The notes under the pieces are model-generated. The model was given only the letters and a program-made list of their open reading frames with translations, was not told where the DNA came from and ran no database searches. From Dehalococcoidia bacterium (GTDB lineage: Bacteria; Chloroflexota; Dehalococcoidia; Plut-88900): DNA of 64,000 nucleotides. The DNA lies in assembly GCA_965249275.1 (NCBI GenBank), contig CBDFLQ010000007.1, positions 832,001 to 896,000 on the forward strand, in the 5' to 3' direction. Shown piece by piece: positions 9,864 through 18,907 of this stretch (positions within the stretch are counted from its first letter, which is position 1; each line of letters begins with the position of its first letter). A program made the translations under genes and the position numbers.

Positions 9864-10238
9864 TTGGACTCCCAGGCCACCGTCTACTACGACGGCGCAT
9901 GCGGCCTGTGCAGGGGAGCAGTGAAGTGGATGGCTAAAGCGGACTGGTTTCAGAGGGTGAAGTGGACACCTGGGCAGGAGTTGAGCAGTTTCCCAAGTGG
10001 CCTGACCCCGGCCGATCTGAACGAGGCTATGTACCTAGAAGACTCCCAGGGCCGGTTGCACGGTGGCTTCTTCGCCGTGAGGCGGTTGGCACTAATATTG
10101 CCTCCGCTACTTCCACTGGCCCCATTTATGTGGCTACCGGGGGCGCGATTCCTGGGGGTGCGCGTGTACGCGCTTATCGCCCGGAACCGGGGCTGCCTTC
10201 TGGGAACGGTAAGAGAAGGCGGGAAGCCTCCTCGGTGA
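9864..10238 (+). CDS. DCC1-like thiol-disulfide oxidoreductase (DUF393)
   Basis: YYDGACGLC (DxxCxxC) and C-terminal YALIARNR. Start uncertain (TTG 9819 or 9864). The 3' end overlaps larC convergently. Confidence 0.8.
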   Translation: MDSQATVYYDGACGLCRGAVKWMAKADWFQRVKWTPGQELSSFPSGLTPADLNEAMYLEDSQGRLHGGFFAVRRLALILPPLLPLAPFMWLPGARFLGVRVYALIARNRGCLLGTVREGGKPPR

Positions 10239-11391
10239 CAATGCGGTAGACGTCTCTGAGTGAAATCCCCAACTCGGCGGCTATTGCGGCACAATCATCG
10301 TGCTCAGGCGAGACGGAGACCGGGTTACCGTTCTGGATTTTCAGCTTGACTCGCACGAGCCCAATACTCGTGGCAACCTTCTCTATTCTGCGCTCGGCCT
10401 CATAGCGAAGGACTTCCCGTACCCGGACACCGAGGGTAGAGGTCTCTTCGAGGAGATCGTGGATTATGGCCTCCCGATGGCCGGGGTCGGAAAGGACACT
10501 AACCATGATGGCAGGGCGCCCCTTTTTCATATGGATGGGCGTGAACCAGACGTCCCGGGCCCCAGTCTCAAACAGCCGGTCCATAAGATAGGGGTAAATC
10601 TCGGGGTTCATATCGTCTATGTTGGTCTCTATTATGATAAGCGGTCGAGCTCCGGAATAGGACTGCACCTGGCCCAGCCAGAGGCCCAGGACGTTTGGGT
10701 ATTCACCCATATCCTTTTGGCCGATACCGTAGCCTGCTGCTTCCACCCTCATCTCCGGCTGCGCGAATTCGGAGAGGGCGGTCATTATGGCAACTCCGGT
10801 TGGGGTGGACAGTTCGGTGGCGGGAGCGTGGGGTGAGGCGAGAGCGAAGGGCGCGTTGGCAAGAGCCATAAGCTCTACGGTTGCGGGTGCGGGGACGGGG
10901 AGCCGCCCGTGTTCCGCCTTTACGGTCCCGCTTCCTGGCGGTATCGAAGAGCAGTAGACTTGCTCCACACCGAGGAGCTCCAGGCCACAAGCAGTGCCAA
11001 CGATATCTACTATGGCATCGACGGCGCCGACCTCGTGGAAGTGGACCTGATCTATCTCGACGCGGTGGACTCGGGACTCGGCCTGGGCAAGTCGGCGGAA
11101 TATCCTGGTCGCCTTTTCTTTCACAGAGGGGGCGAGGCGGCTTTCGTTTATCAGTGAAAGGATATCATTGAGGTTGCGGCGGGGTTGGGGAGCGGCCGAT
11201 GTTTTCACGCTGACTCGGGTGCCGGAGATTGCGGAACGGGAGTCCGGAGAGGCTTCGATGTCGTAGCCCTGAACGCCAAGCTTTGAAAGCTCGTTGCGGA
11301 GGGAGTCGATGGATAGGCCGACATCTACTAGGGCCCCGAGGACCATGTCGCCGCTGACGCCGCCAATGCAGTTAAAGTAAGCAGCTTTCAT
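10174..11391 (-). CDS. larC: Nickel pincer cofactor biosynthesis protein LarC (nickel insertase)
   Basis: GVSGDMVLGAL, VHFHEVGAVDAIVD, HGRLPVPAPAT, TPTG, ETNIDD, MKKGRP, ETSTLGVR, PEHDDC. Start at ATG 11391, overlapping the upstream stop (ATGA). Confidence 0.95.
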   Translation of the reverse strand: MKAAYFNCIGGVSGDMVLGALVDVGLSIDSLRNELSKLGVQGYDIEASPDSRSAISGTRVSVKTSAAPQPRRNLNDILSLINESRLAPSVKEKATRIFRRLAQAESRVHRVEIDQVHFHEVGAVDAIVDIVGTACGLELLGVEQVYCSSIPPGSGTVKAEHGRLPVPAPATVELMALANAPFALASPHAPATELSTPTGVAIMTALSEFAQPEMRVEAAGYGIGQKDMGEYPNVLGLWLGQVQSYSGARPLIIIETNIDDMNPEIYPYLMDRLFETGARDVWFTPIHMKKGRPAIMVSVLSDPGHREAIIHDLLEETSTLGVRVREVLRYEAERRIEKVATSIGLVRVKLKIQNGNPVSVSPEHDDCAAIAAELGISLRDVYRIVTEEASRLLLPFPEGSPGSGR

Positions 11392-12164
11392 GCCGGCACC
11401 AGAACCATTTGTCTCATGCCCCATTCTATGTCGGAGTCTCCACCGGAGGCATCTTCGGCCATATGTTGAAGGTCGTTGTGGAGGGATTTCAGAAACCATG
11501 TGCTGTACAGGGATATTGCGGGGTGGGTGGCGCCCCAGGCCGATATGTTCATGGAGAACATGGCAGCAGCATCGCGGTTGGACACGGGGAGGCAGCGAAT
11601 GCCGTCCGAGGTGATTTTGAGGGGTGCCTCGTCCGGCAGGTTGGTAAGTTGGGCCCCGGCACATAGGGCCGTACCTTGGGCGTCCAGGACTCGGGCCAGA
11701 GTGGTGAGATAGGAGTCCAGGACGGGATTGTCGGTATGGATCCAGTCCACTTCCTCCACAAGTAGAGCACCTTCAGTTGAGAGTTGGGAGACCCAACTGA
11801 CCAGGGCTTGTATTGGGTTTGGGAGATGGGGAAGCAGGAAGCGGCAGAAGATGAGGTCGGCGGAGGAAATTGGGAAAGGTACAACAGTGACATCGTGGTT
11901 GATGAAGGAGACGCGAGACGGAGACGACCGCAACGCGGAAGATACGAATTGAGAAGATTTGTCCAGTCCGACGATTTTCTCGAAGGGGAGAAGGTCGGCG
12001 ATGAGTCGGGTAGTGTGGCCCGTCCCACAACCCAAGTCGAGGGCAAGGTTAGTGCCGGAGGGCTCAAAGTTGGCAAGGAATTCGCGGGTCGGCGCCTCGA
12101 AAGTGCGGGCAAGGATTTCCAGCCTGCGTTGCGCCCTTTCTGAATCTCCGAATAGATAGCTCAT
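11388..12164 (-). CDS. Class I SAM-dependent methyltransferase
   Basis: Motif I LDLGCGTGHTT, GLDKS, ADLIFCRFLL. Confidence 0.9.
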   Translation of the reverse strand: MSYLFGDSERAQRRLEILARTFEAPTREFLANFEPSGTNLALDLGCGTGHTTRLIADLLPFEKIVGLDKSSQFVSSALRSSPSRVSFINHDVTVVPFPISSADLIFCRFLLPHLPNPIQALVSWVSQLSTEGALLVEEVDWIHTDNPVLDSYLTTLARVLDAQGTALCAGAQLTNLPDEAPLKITSDGIRCLPVSNRDAAAMFSMNISAWGATHPAISLYSTWFLKSLHNDLQHMAEDASGGDSDIEWGMRQMVLVPA

Positions 12165-12199
12165 GGCAGGGGAGGAGTGGGGCGGAGCCGAGAGTAAAA

Positions 12200-13069
12200 C
12201 TACCCCCTGCTCTTAGCAGAAGAGACGGGGGCTCCAGAATGCTTCCGGGAGAGTTGCAGCACCTCGTTGAGGCTGCCGGACCGGAAACCCGACATGTCCA
12301 AAGTTACGTAGGTGTACCCGAGGGTGCGGAAGTGCCGGACCAAGTCTCGGCGCACATCCTGTTTGGCTAGAAGGCTGAAACCGGCGTCGTCAACCTCTAT
12401 CCTGGCGATGCGGTCGTGGTGCCGGACGCGCAGGTCTCGGATACCGAGGTTTCGCAGGTAGTCTTCGGCTGCCTCGATCTGGCGGAGAACTTCAACTGTC
12501 ACCTTGTCGCCATAAGGGACACGGGAGGCAAGGCAGGCCATGGCGGGCTTGTCCCAGGTGGGAAGCCCGCGCTCTTTGGAAAGCTGCCTGATCTCGCTCT
12601 TGGTAAGTTCGGCTTCGCAGAGGGGGCTGCGTACATTGGAACGGCGGGCGGCGTCTAGGCCGGGGCGGAAGTCTCCCAGGTCGTCGGAGTTGGTGCCGTT
12701 TGCCACCCAGTCGAAACCTTCCTGCTCTGCGATTGGGAGCAGACGAGAGTAGAGCTCACCCTTGCAGAAGAAGCAGCGCTGAGGACTGTTCTCCTGGTAG
12801 CGGGGGTCCTGGGTCTCAAAAGTATCTATGATGCGGTGTTGGAATCCGAATTGGCTGGCGATGGATTGGGCGTCTTTTAGCTCGGAGCGGGGGATGCTGG
12901 GGGAGTCGGCGGTTATGGCAAGGGCACGGTCTCCCAGCGCTGCGTGGGCTTCGACGGCTAGAAATGCGCTATCGACACCACCTGAGTAGGCAACAACTAC
13001 AGATTCCATGTCCTCCAGGATTCGGTGGAGTCGGGCAGCTTTTTCGGATGTATCTGCAGCTGTGGTCAT
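12200..13069 (-). CDS. larE: ATP-dependent sulfur transferase LarE (PP-loop)
   Basis: SGGVDS PP-loop, RCFFCK, DDLGDFRPG, WDKPAMACLASRVPYG. Confidence 0.95.
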   Translation of the reverse strand: MTTAADTSEKAARLHRILEDMESVVVAYSGGVDSAFLAVEAHAALGDRALAITADSPSIPRSELKDAQSIASQFGFQHRIIDTFETQDPRYQENSPQRCFFCKGELYSRLLPIAEQEGFDWVANGTNSDDLGDFRPGLDAARRSNVRSPLCEAELTKSEIRQLSKERGLPTWDKPAMACLASRVPYGDKVTVEVLRQIEAAEDYLRNLGIRDLRVRHHDRIARIEVDDAGFSLLAKQDVRRDLVRHFRTLGYTYVTLDMSGFRSGSLNEVLQLSRKHSGAPVSSAKSRG

Positions 13070-14451
13070 GTTTTCGGGCTCCGGGTCTCTAATGCGGCCC
13101 TCGCTGCTTCGGCGAGATTGGACACCTTAATAAGTTCCATCTTATCGGGCGCTGTGAATCCCTTGGGAGTCGACGTGGGTATTATACCCGTATCAAGGCC
13201 AAGCTGGGTGGCTTCCTGGAGGCGTCGGGACAGATGGCTCGCAGAGCGCAATTCACCCCCCAACCCGATCTCACCAACGGCGATAAGACCGTCTCGAACG
13301 GGTCTATCCTTCAGGCTGGACAGGATCGCAAGGGCCACGGCGAGATCGGCGGAAGGTTCCCGGATTCGGATTCCACCTATAACGTTGACAAGAACGTCCT
13401 GGTTGGAGAGTCGGGCGCCCAAACGCTTGCTAAGGACGGCGGTGATGAGAAGAAGGCGATTGACGTCTATGCCGTTGGCGGTGCGCCGGGGGAGGTTGAA
13501 GGGAGTCATATTGGTGAGGGCCTGGACCTCGACCAGAAGAGGTCGGGTGCCTTCCATGACTGGGACGATGACGGAGCCGATCCCGCCTGATTTGTGCTCG
13601 GATAGGAGGGCTCGGGAGGGATCCAGGACATCGATTAGCCCGGATTCCGACATTTCGAAAATACCAACCTCATTTGTGGACCCGAAGCGGTTTTTCTCAC
13701 CGCGCAGGAGCCGGTACGGGCTATAGACGTCGCCTTCGAGATAGAGGACAACGTCTACCATGTGCTCCAGCATTCGGGGACCGGCAATGTTCCCTTCCTT
13801 GGTCACGTGCCCAGAGATCATGACGGGAATGCCCGAGTTCTTGCTCCATTCCATGAGACGCCAGGTGGCTTCCCTAATCTGTCCGACGCTTCCGGGAGTA
13901 CTCCCGACTTCGCTAAGAAAAACGGTCTGAATGGAATCAACGATAGCCAGGTTGGGGGAAGTCTCGTCCATATAACGCAGGGCGGCATCCAAGTCATTGG
14001 AGGCGTTGACAAAGAGATTGTGCCCCGTGATACCGAGCCTGGTAGCCCGCATCCTGATCTGTTGCTCAGACTCCTCGCCGGAGAAGTAGAGGACCCGAGA
14101 CCCTCGTCCGGCGATATCGGCTGCGGCCTGGAGAAGCAGCGTCGACTTGCCGATGCCAGGTTCGCCACCAAGAAGGACGAGAGAGCCGGGGACTATACCG
14201 CCACCCAATACGCGAGAGAACTCGGCGGAGGTCAGGGATATACGGTCATGGCCTGTAGTGGTAACGGAGGCGAGCTCTACTGGGGGTCGGGCGATGGGTG
14301 GGGGGCCTGATGAGCCGGGTCGAGAGGCCCGTTGGACGACTTCCTTCAAGCTGTTCCAAGTGCCGCACCTGGAGCATCGGCCTTCCCAGCGGGGGCTATC
14401 CGCCCCGCATTCGTTGCAGACATAGGTGGCCTTGGATTGGGCTTTCGGCAT
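13066..14451 (-). CDS. radA: DNA repair protein RadA/Sms
   Basis: N-terminal C4 zinc finger, Walker A GEPGIGKST, KNRFG motif. Confidence 0.97.
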   Translation of the reverse strand: MPKAQSKATYVCNECGADSPRWEGRCSRCGTWNSLKEVVQRASRPGSSGPPPIARPPVELASVTTTGHDRISLTSAEFSRVLGGGIVPGSLVLLGGEPGIGKSTLLLQAAADIAGRGSRVLYFSGEESEQQIRMRATRLGITGHNLFVNASNDLDAALRYMDETSPNLAIVDSIQTVFLSEVGSTPGSVGQIREATWRLMEWSKNSGIPVMISGHVTKEGNIAGPRMLEHMVDVVLYLEGDVYSPYRLLRGEKNRFGSTNEVGIFEMSESGLIDVLDPSRALLSEHKSGGIGSVIVPVMEGTRPLLVEVQALTNMTPFNLPRRTANGIDVNRLLLITAVLSKRLGARLSNQDVLVNVIGGIRIREPSADLAVALAILSSLKDRPVRDGLIAVGEIGLGGELRSASHLSRRLQEATQLGLDTGIIPTSTPKGFTAPDKMELIKVSNLAEAARAALETRSPKT

Positions 14452-14482
14452 TGGCTTGTGTGGTTACGGCGTGGTTAGAGGT

Positions 14483-14518
14483 GAAATAAAGGAGGGAAGC
14501 CCCGTGGGGCTTCCCTCC
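14483..14518 (-). terminator. Intrinsic terminator after clpC
   Basis: GGAGGGAAGCCCC-AC-GGGGCTTCCCTCC inverted repeat followed by TTTATTTC on the minus strand. Confidence 0.75.
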
Positions 14519-14547
14519 AGATTCTCAAATTAACGAGGGGGCGTGGC

Positions 14548-17004
14548 TCAGGTTTTAGCCAGCTCGGCGACGGGGCCGACAGTAATCTCCCCGCCGTCGA
14601 CGTCAATGAAGACAGTGTCTCCGGGGCCAAAACGACCCTGCAGCAGTTGCTCGGAGAGGGGGTCTTCGATGACATCCTGAATGACGCGTTTCAGAGGTCT
14701 GGCACCGAAGGTGGGATCGTAGCCCCGGACTGCGAGGAGCTCCTTCGCGCCATCGGAAATCTCCAGGCTAACACCCTTTTCGGTCAGATTGGCCCGTACC
14801 TCATCAAGGAGGAGGTCCACGATCTGCAGAATGTGGTCCCTGGTGAGGGCGTGGAATACCACTATGCCATCAATACGGTTAAGGAACTCAGGTCGGAAGA
14901 AGCGCTTGACCTCGGTAAGAACCTTGTCCTTCATCCGCTCGTATGACTCGCGGGAGGCCTCATTTTCGTCCATTGTGATCGAGAAGCCGAGGGAGTTATC
15001 GCGCTTAATAAGCTCGGCGCCGATGTTGCTTGTCATGACGACAATGCTGTTCCGGAAGTCGACCTTGCGGCCTTTGGCATCGGTCAAATGGCCATCATCG
15101 AATATCTGGAGGAGCAAGTTGAAGACGTCCGGGTGAGCCTTCTCGATTTCGTCCAGAAGGATGGCCGAGTAAGAGCGTCGGCGGACTGCCTCGGTGAGCT
15201 GACCACCCTCCTCATAGCCGATGTATCCGGGAGGAGCCCCGACCAGTCGAGCGACGGCGTGGCGCTCCATGAACTCGGACATGTCGATCCTGATAAGGGA
15301 TTCCTCGGAGCCGAACATGAACTCGGCGAGGGCACGGACTAGATAGGTCTTACCAACACCGGTGGGGCCGAGGAAGATGAAGTTTCCTATGGGCCGGCGG
15401 CGGTCCTTGAGACCGGCCCGCGCTCTGCGTACGGCCTTCGCGACGACATTAATTGCCTCGTCCTGGCCTATGATCTTTTCGTGAAGGGCCTCCTCCATCT
15501 TGAGGAGGCGCTCGATTTCCTCGGTGGCGAGTCGGGTGACGGGAATGCCCGTCCACATACTGACAACCTCGGCAACATCGTCGGCGGTGACATTGGGCCT
15601 GTCCTGGGTCCGCTCGGACTTCCACTCGGTCTCCATGCCTTCCAATTCATCGGCGAGGGACAACTCTTGCTCCCGTAGTTGGGCAGCAGCCTCGTATTTC
15701 TGGGACTGGATGGCAGTCTCTTTGTCCTTCTTGACCGATTCAAGAGCCAGCATGGCATCTTTGAGGTAGACGGGCATGGTCGAGTTGCGGATACGAACTC
15801 GGGAGGAAGCCTCGTCTATAACGTCGATGCCCTTGTCCGGAAGAAAGCGGTCAGTGATATATCGGGAGGCGAGGTTAGCAGCCTCCTGGATCGCTTCGTC
15901 GGTGATATTCAGGTCGTGGTGGTCCTCATATCGGGTCTTCAGTCCTCGGAGGATTTCTATGGTCTCCTCAACAGAGGGTTCCTCTACCCTGATGGGTTGG
16001 AAACGGCGTTCCAGGGCAGGGTCCCTTTCCACTTGCTTACGGTAGTCGTCCAGGGTAGTAGCACCGATGCACTGGAGTTCGCCGCGGGCAAGGGCGGGCT
16101 TGAGCATGTTGGCGGCGTCTACTGCGCCTTCGGCGGCACCCGCGCCAACGATGGTGTGCATTTCATCAATAAATAGGACACAGTTGCCGGAGCTCTTTAT
16201 CTCATCGATCACCTTGCGAAGGCGCTCTTCGAACTCACCGCGGTACTTGGTTCCAGCTACCAAGGCGCCGACGTCAAGGGTGACCAAGCGTTTCCCCTGC
16301 AGGGTATCTGGGACATCAGATGACGCAATTTGCTGGGCAAGGGCCTCGACAATGGAGCTCTTGCCCACACCCGGCTCGCCGATGAGAACAGGATTGTTCT
16401 TGGTTCGCCGACTGAGGATTTGGATGACCCTTTCGATTTCCTTACTGCGTCCGATGACGGGATCCAAGACCCCGTTTCTGGCCTTCTGGGTCAAGTCGAC
16501 GCCTAGCTGGTCAAGGGTCGGGGTCCGGGCGGCACCACGAGAGGACTGTGCCTGGGACTGAGACTGGCTGAGAAGCCGGGTGGTCTCGGCGCGGGCTTTT
16601 TCGAGATTGACGCCTAAGCTTTCAAGGACACCGGCTGCTACTCCGTCACCCTCCCGGAGGAGGCCGATGAGGAGGTGCTCGGTGCCAATGTATTGATGGT
16701 TGAGACGTCGGGCTTCGTCTACGGAGAGCTCAATTACCTTTTTGGCCCTGGGGGTGAGGCCGATCTCGCCGCTGGCGGCTCTCTCCCCGCGACCGATGAT
16801 GAACTCGACGGCAGACCTGACCTTGTTGAGCTGTACGCCGAGATTTACCAATACCTTGGCCGCGACGCACTCTTGTTCCCTAACCAAGCCGAGGAGAATA
16901 TGCTCGGTGCCTATATAGTTGTGGTTGAACTGTTGGGCTTCCTCTTGCGCCAGGGAAAGGACTTTTCGTGCGCTTTCGGAAAACTTCTCAAATCTACTGG
17001 CCAT
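14548..17004 (-). CDS. clpC: ATP-dependent Clp protease ATP-binding subunit ClpC
   Basis: Two Clp-N repeats, two AAA+ modules (GEPGVGKS; GPTGVGKT), short UVR-type middle domain, SLGF ClpP-binding loop. Confidence 0.96.
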   Translation of the reverse strand: MASRFEKFSESARKVLSLAQEEAQQFNHNYIGTEHILLGLVREQECVAAKVLVNLGVQLNKVRSAVEFIIGRGERAASGEIGLTPRAKKVIELSVDEARRLNHQYIGTEHLLIGLLREGDGVAAGVLESLGVNLEKARAETTRLLSQSQSQAQSSRGAARTPTLDQLGVDLTQKARNGVLDPVIGRSKEIERVIQILSRRTKNNPVLIGEPGVGKSSIVEALAQQIASSDVPDTLQGKRLVTLDVGALVAGTKYRGEFEERLRKVIDEIKSSGNCVLFIDEMHTIVGAGAAEGAVDAANMLKPALARGELQCIGATTLDDYRKQVERDPALERRFQPIRVEEPSVEETIEILRGLKTRYEDHHDLNITDEAIQEAANLASRYITDRFLPDKGIDVIDEASSRVRIRNSTMPVYLKDAMLALESVKKDKETAIQSQKYEAAAQLREQELSLADELEGMETEWKSERTQDRPNVTADDVAEVVSMWTGIPVTRLATEEIERLLKMEEALHEKIIGQDEAINVVAKAVRRARAGLKDRRRPIGNFIFLGPTGVGKTYLVRALAEFMFGSEESLIRIDMSEFMERHAVARLVGAPPGYIGYEEGGQLTEAVRRRSYSAILLDEIEKAHPDVFNLLLQIFDDGHLTDAKGRKVDFRNSIVVMTSNIGAELIKRDNSLGFSITMDENEASRESYERMKDKVLTEVKRFFRPEFLNRIDGIVVFHALTRDHILQIVDLLLDEVRANLTEKGVSLEISDGAKELLAVRGYDPTFGARPLKRVIQDVIEDPLSEQLLQGRFGPGDTVFIDVDGGEITVGPVAELAKT

Positions 17005-17060
17005 GTGACGCTCCCAACTGGACGAAGGTTACTACGTCCAATAAGTGGGTTATTGCCGTA

Positions 17061-18260
17061 CTAGTCGTCATAATCTCCGTCCCCCATGTCGGACGAGCCG
17101 TAGAACTCATCCCGGTAGCGCTCAGCGAAACCGTATGATCCGACCTGCTTAAGGCTGAGGGCGAGGCGTCTTCTTTCGGGCTCTATTCTCAAGATTTTAA
17201 GGGTCAACTCCTGGCCCTCGGAGACGATGTCGGAGGGGTGACGCACAGGGCCGTCACTTAACTCTGAAATATGGACTAGCCCTTCTATCGCGGGGTCTAG
17301 CCGGGCAAAGGCGCCAAAAGTGGTGACCTTGGTTACGGTTGCCGTGACGGTCTGACCAACGTGGTATTTTTCGTGGATCGACTCCCAAGGCTCGGGGTGG
17401 AGGCGCCGAAAGCTCAGGGCGACTTTCATGGACTCTCGGTCTACTCTAAGGACAAAGACGTCAACCTCATCGCCGATGGCGAGGGACTTTTCGGGAGGCT
17501 CTACCTGGCCCCAAGAGAACTCAGAGAGGTGAACTAGTCCATCTACCCCGCCGATATCTACGAATGCGCCGAATTCCCGAATGCCCGTAACTCGCCCTTT
17601 GCGGACCTGGCCGGTCTCCAATTCAGCGAAGAGAGCTTGCCGCTGCGCTTCTCTCTGTTGCCGCATTACCTGCTTTTCGGAAAGGATGAGGCGGTTGCGA
17701 CGCCGGTTGATTTCGATGACTCTTAGCTTTAGCTTATTGCCTACGAGGTCGGAGAGCGGATTGCGGGTTGGGTCGGCTGAGGGATCGAAGACGATGGGGC
17801 TGGACAGCTGCGACATGGGGACGAATCCCCGTACGCCCTCTACGTTGACCAGAAGGCCACCTTTGTTGAAGTCAACGGCCTCGCCTTCTATGACGTCTCC
17901 GTTGTCGAAGTTCTCCTGGAGTACGTGCCAGCCCTTCTCACCTTGGGCGCGGTCTACGGAGAGGTAAATCTGGCCTTCGCTCTCGTCGGACTGGACTACG
18001 TATACGAGGACGTCGTCACCGAGGCTGAGGGCCTCGATCTCCTCGGCGGAGAAGGTGCGCATCTCACGGACGGGGACCATACCCTCGGTCTTTGCGCCGA
18101 TATCGACCAGGAGGCCCTCCCGGTCTTTCTGAACGATGACCCCCTTGACTATGTCGCCGCGTCTAATGGTGGCGACATTTTCGGCCTCGTCCAGAAGTTG
18201 CTGCATTCCGTAGGAGGAACTGTCTTGGGGTTCGGTCTCTTGTCCTTCGGAATTGTTCAT
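17061..18260 (-). CDS. rpsA: 30S ribosomal protein S1 (four S1 domains)
   Basis: Repeated S1 motifs (FGAFVDIGGVDGLVHLSE; FGAFARLDPAIEGLVHISEL). Confidence 0.88.
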   Translation of the reverse strand: MNNSEGQETEPQDSSSYGMQQLLDEAENVATIRRGDIVKGVIVQKDREGLLVDIGAKTEGMVPVREMRTFSAEEIEALSLGDDVLVYVVQSDESEGQIYLSVDRAQGEKGWHVLQENFDNGDVIEGEAVDFNKGGLLVNVEGVRGFVPMSQLSSPIVFDPSADPTRNPLSDLVGNKLKLRVIEINRRRNRLILSEKQVMRQQREAQRQALFAELETGQVRKGRVTGIREFGAFVDIGGVDGLVHLSEFSWGQVEPPEKSLAIGDEVDVFVLRVDRESMKVALSFRRLHPEPWESIHEKYHVGQTVTATVTKVTTFGAFARLDPAIEGLVHISELSDGPVRHPSDIVSEGQELTLKILRIEPERRRLALSLKQVGSYGFAERYRDEFYGSSDMGDGDYDD

Positions 18261-18273
18261 AAGCTTGTATTCA

Positions 18274-18302
18274 ATTATATTTAACCCTTGGTTGGGTGTA
18301 AA
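18274..18302 (-). promoter_or_regulatory. Sigma70-type promoter immediately upstream of rpsA
   Basis: TTTACA-17-TATAAT ending 13 nt before the ATG. A second candidate, TTGCAT-18-TACAAT, lies at 18336-18365. Confidence 0.7.
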
Positions 18303-18555
18303 GGTAAGACAGTGTTACCGAAATGAGGATAAGGCATTGTATGGGGTTTAGGTTTCGGAATGCAAGGGGGAAAGGATGTCCCTCTGCCTGCTCCCGGAGA
18401 GGTTATTTTGGACATGGGTAAACGCAGTGGGTTTTTCACGTCCGAAAGGAAGTGGAAGCCCCCTGGCAATTATTTGAAGAATCAAGCAGCTAGTACATAT
18501 TTTGACACATCGTCAGCGATATGAAGAATGGTCAGAGGTTGAGGACAAGGAGGTT

Positions 18556-18584
18556 TTGCGCGGGTATAGGGGCTGTGTTATACT
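18556..18584 (+). promoter_or_regulatory. Promoter of rpsO-pnp
   Basis: TTGCGC-17-TATACT with an extended -10 TG. Confidence 0.65.
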
Positions 18585-18614
18585 GCGCCCCGAAAACTAG
18601 GAGATTTAGATTTT

Positions 18615-18878
18615 TTGGACCCACAGCTAAAGCAAGAAATAATCGGTTCGTACCAGCTTCACGAAAGCGACTCAGGGTCGGCAGAAGTGCAGATAGCCCT
18701 ACTGACAAACAGGATAGGGTCTATCACCGGGCACCTGAGAATTCACAAGCACGATTATCACAGCCAGCGGGGTCTGCTTAAACTTGTTGGCCAACGCAGG
18801 CGGCTTCTCGAGTATCTGAACCGTGAGGATGTGGCGCGCTACCGCTCCATGATCTCCAGGTTGGGACTGAGAAGATAG
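18615..18878 (+). CDS. rpsO: 30S ribosomal protein S15
   Basis: [38 protein letters not shown] start with an AGGAG SD. Confidence 0.98.
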   Translation: MDPQLKQEIIGSYQLHESDSGSAEVQIALLTNRIGSITGHLRIHKHDYHSQRGLLKLVGQRRRLLEYLNREDVARYRSMISRLGLRR

Positions 18879-18907
18879 ATCTGCGCACGGCCTGATACGG
18901 ACCATAC

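Noticed and set aside
11392-11664. 90-aa N-terminal extension of LarC in the ORF track
   Set aside because: It lies within the methyltransferase gene; LarC homology starts at MKAAYF.
14548-17060. clpC without ctsR-mcsA-mcsB
   Set aside because: That arrangement is mainly a Firmicutes feature, so its absence is unremarkable.
18585-18614. S15 autoregulatory leader
   Set aside because: The predicted promoter leaves only about 25 nt of UTR, with no recognisable structure.
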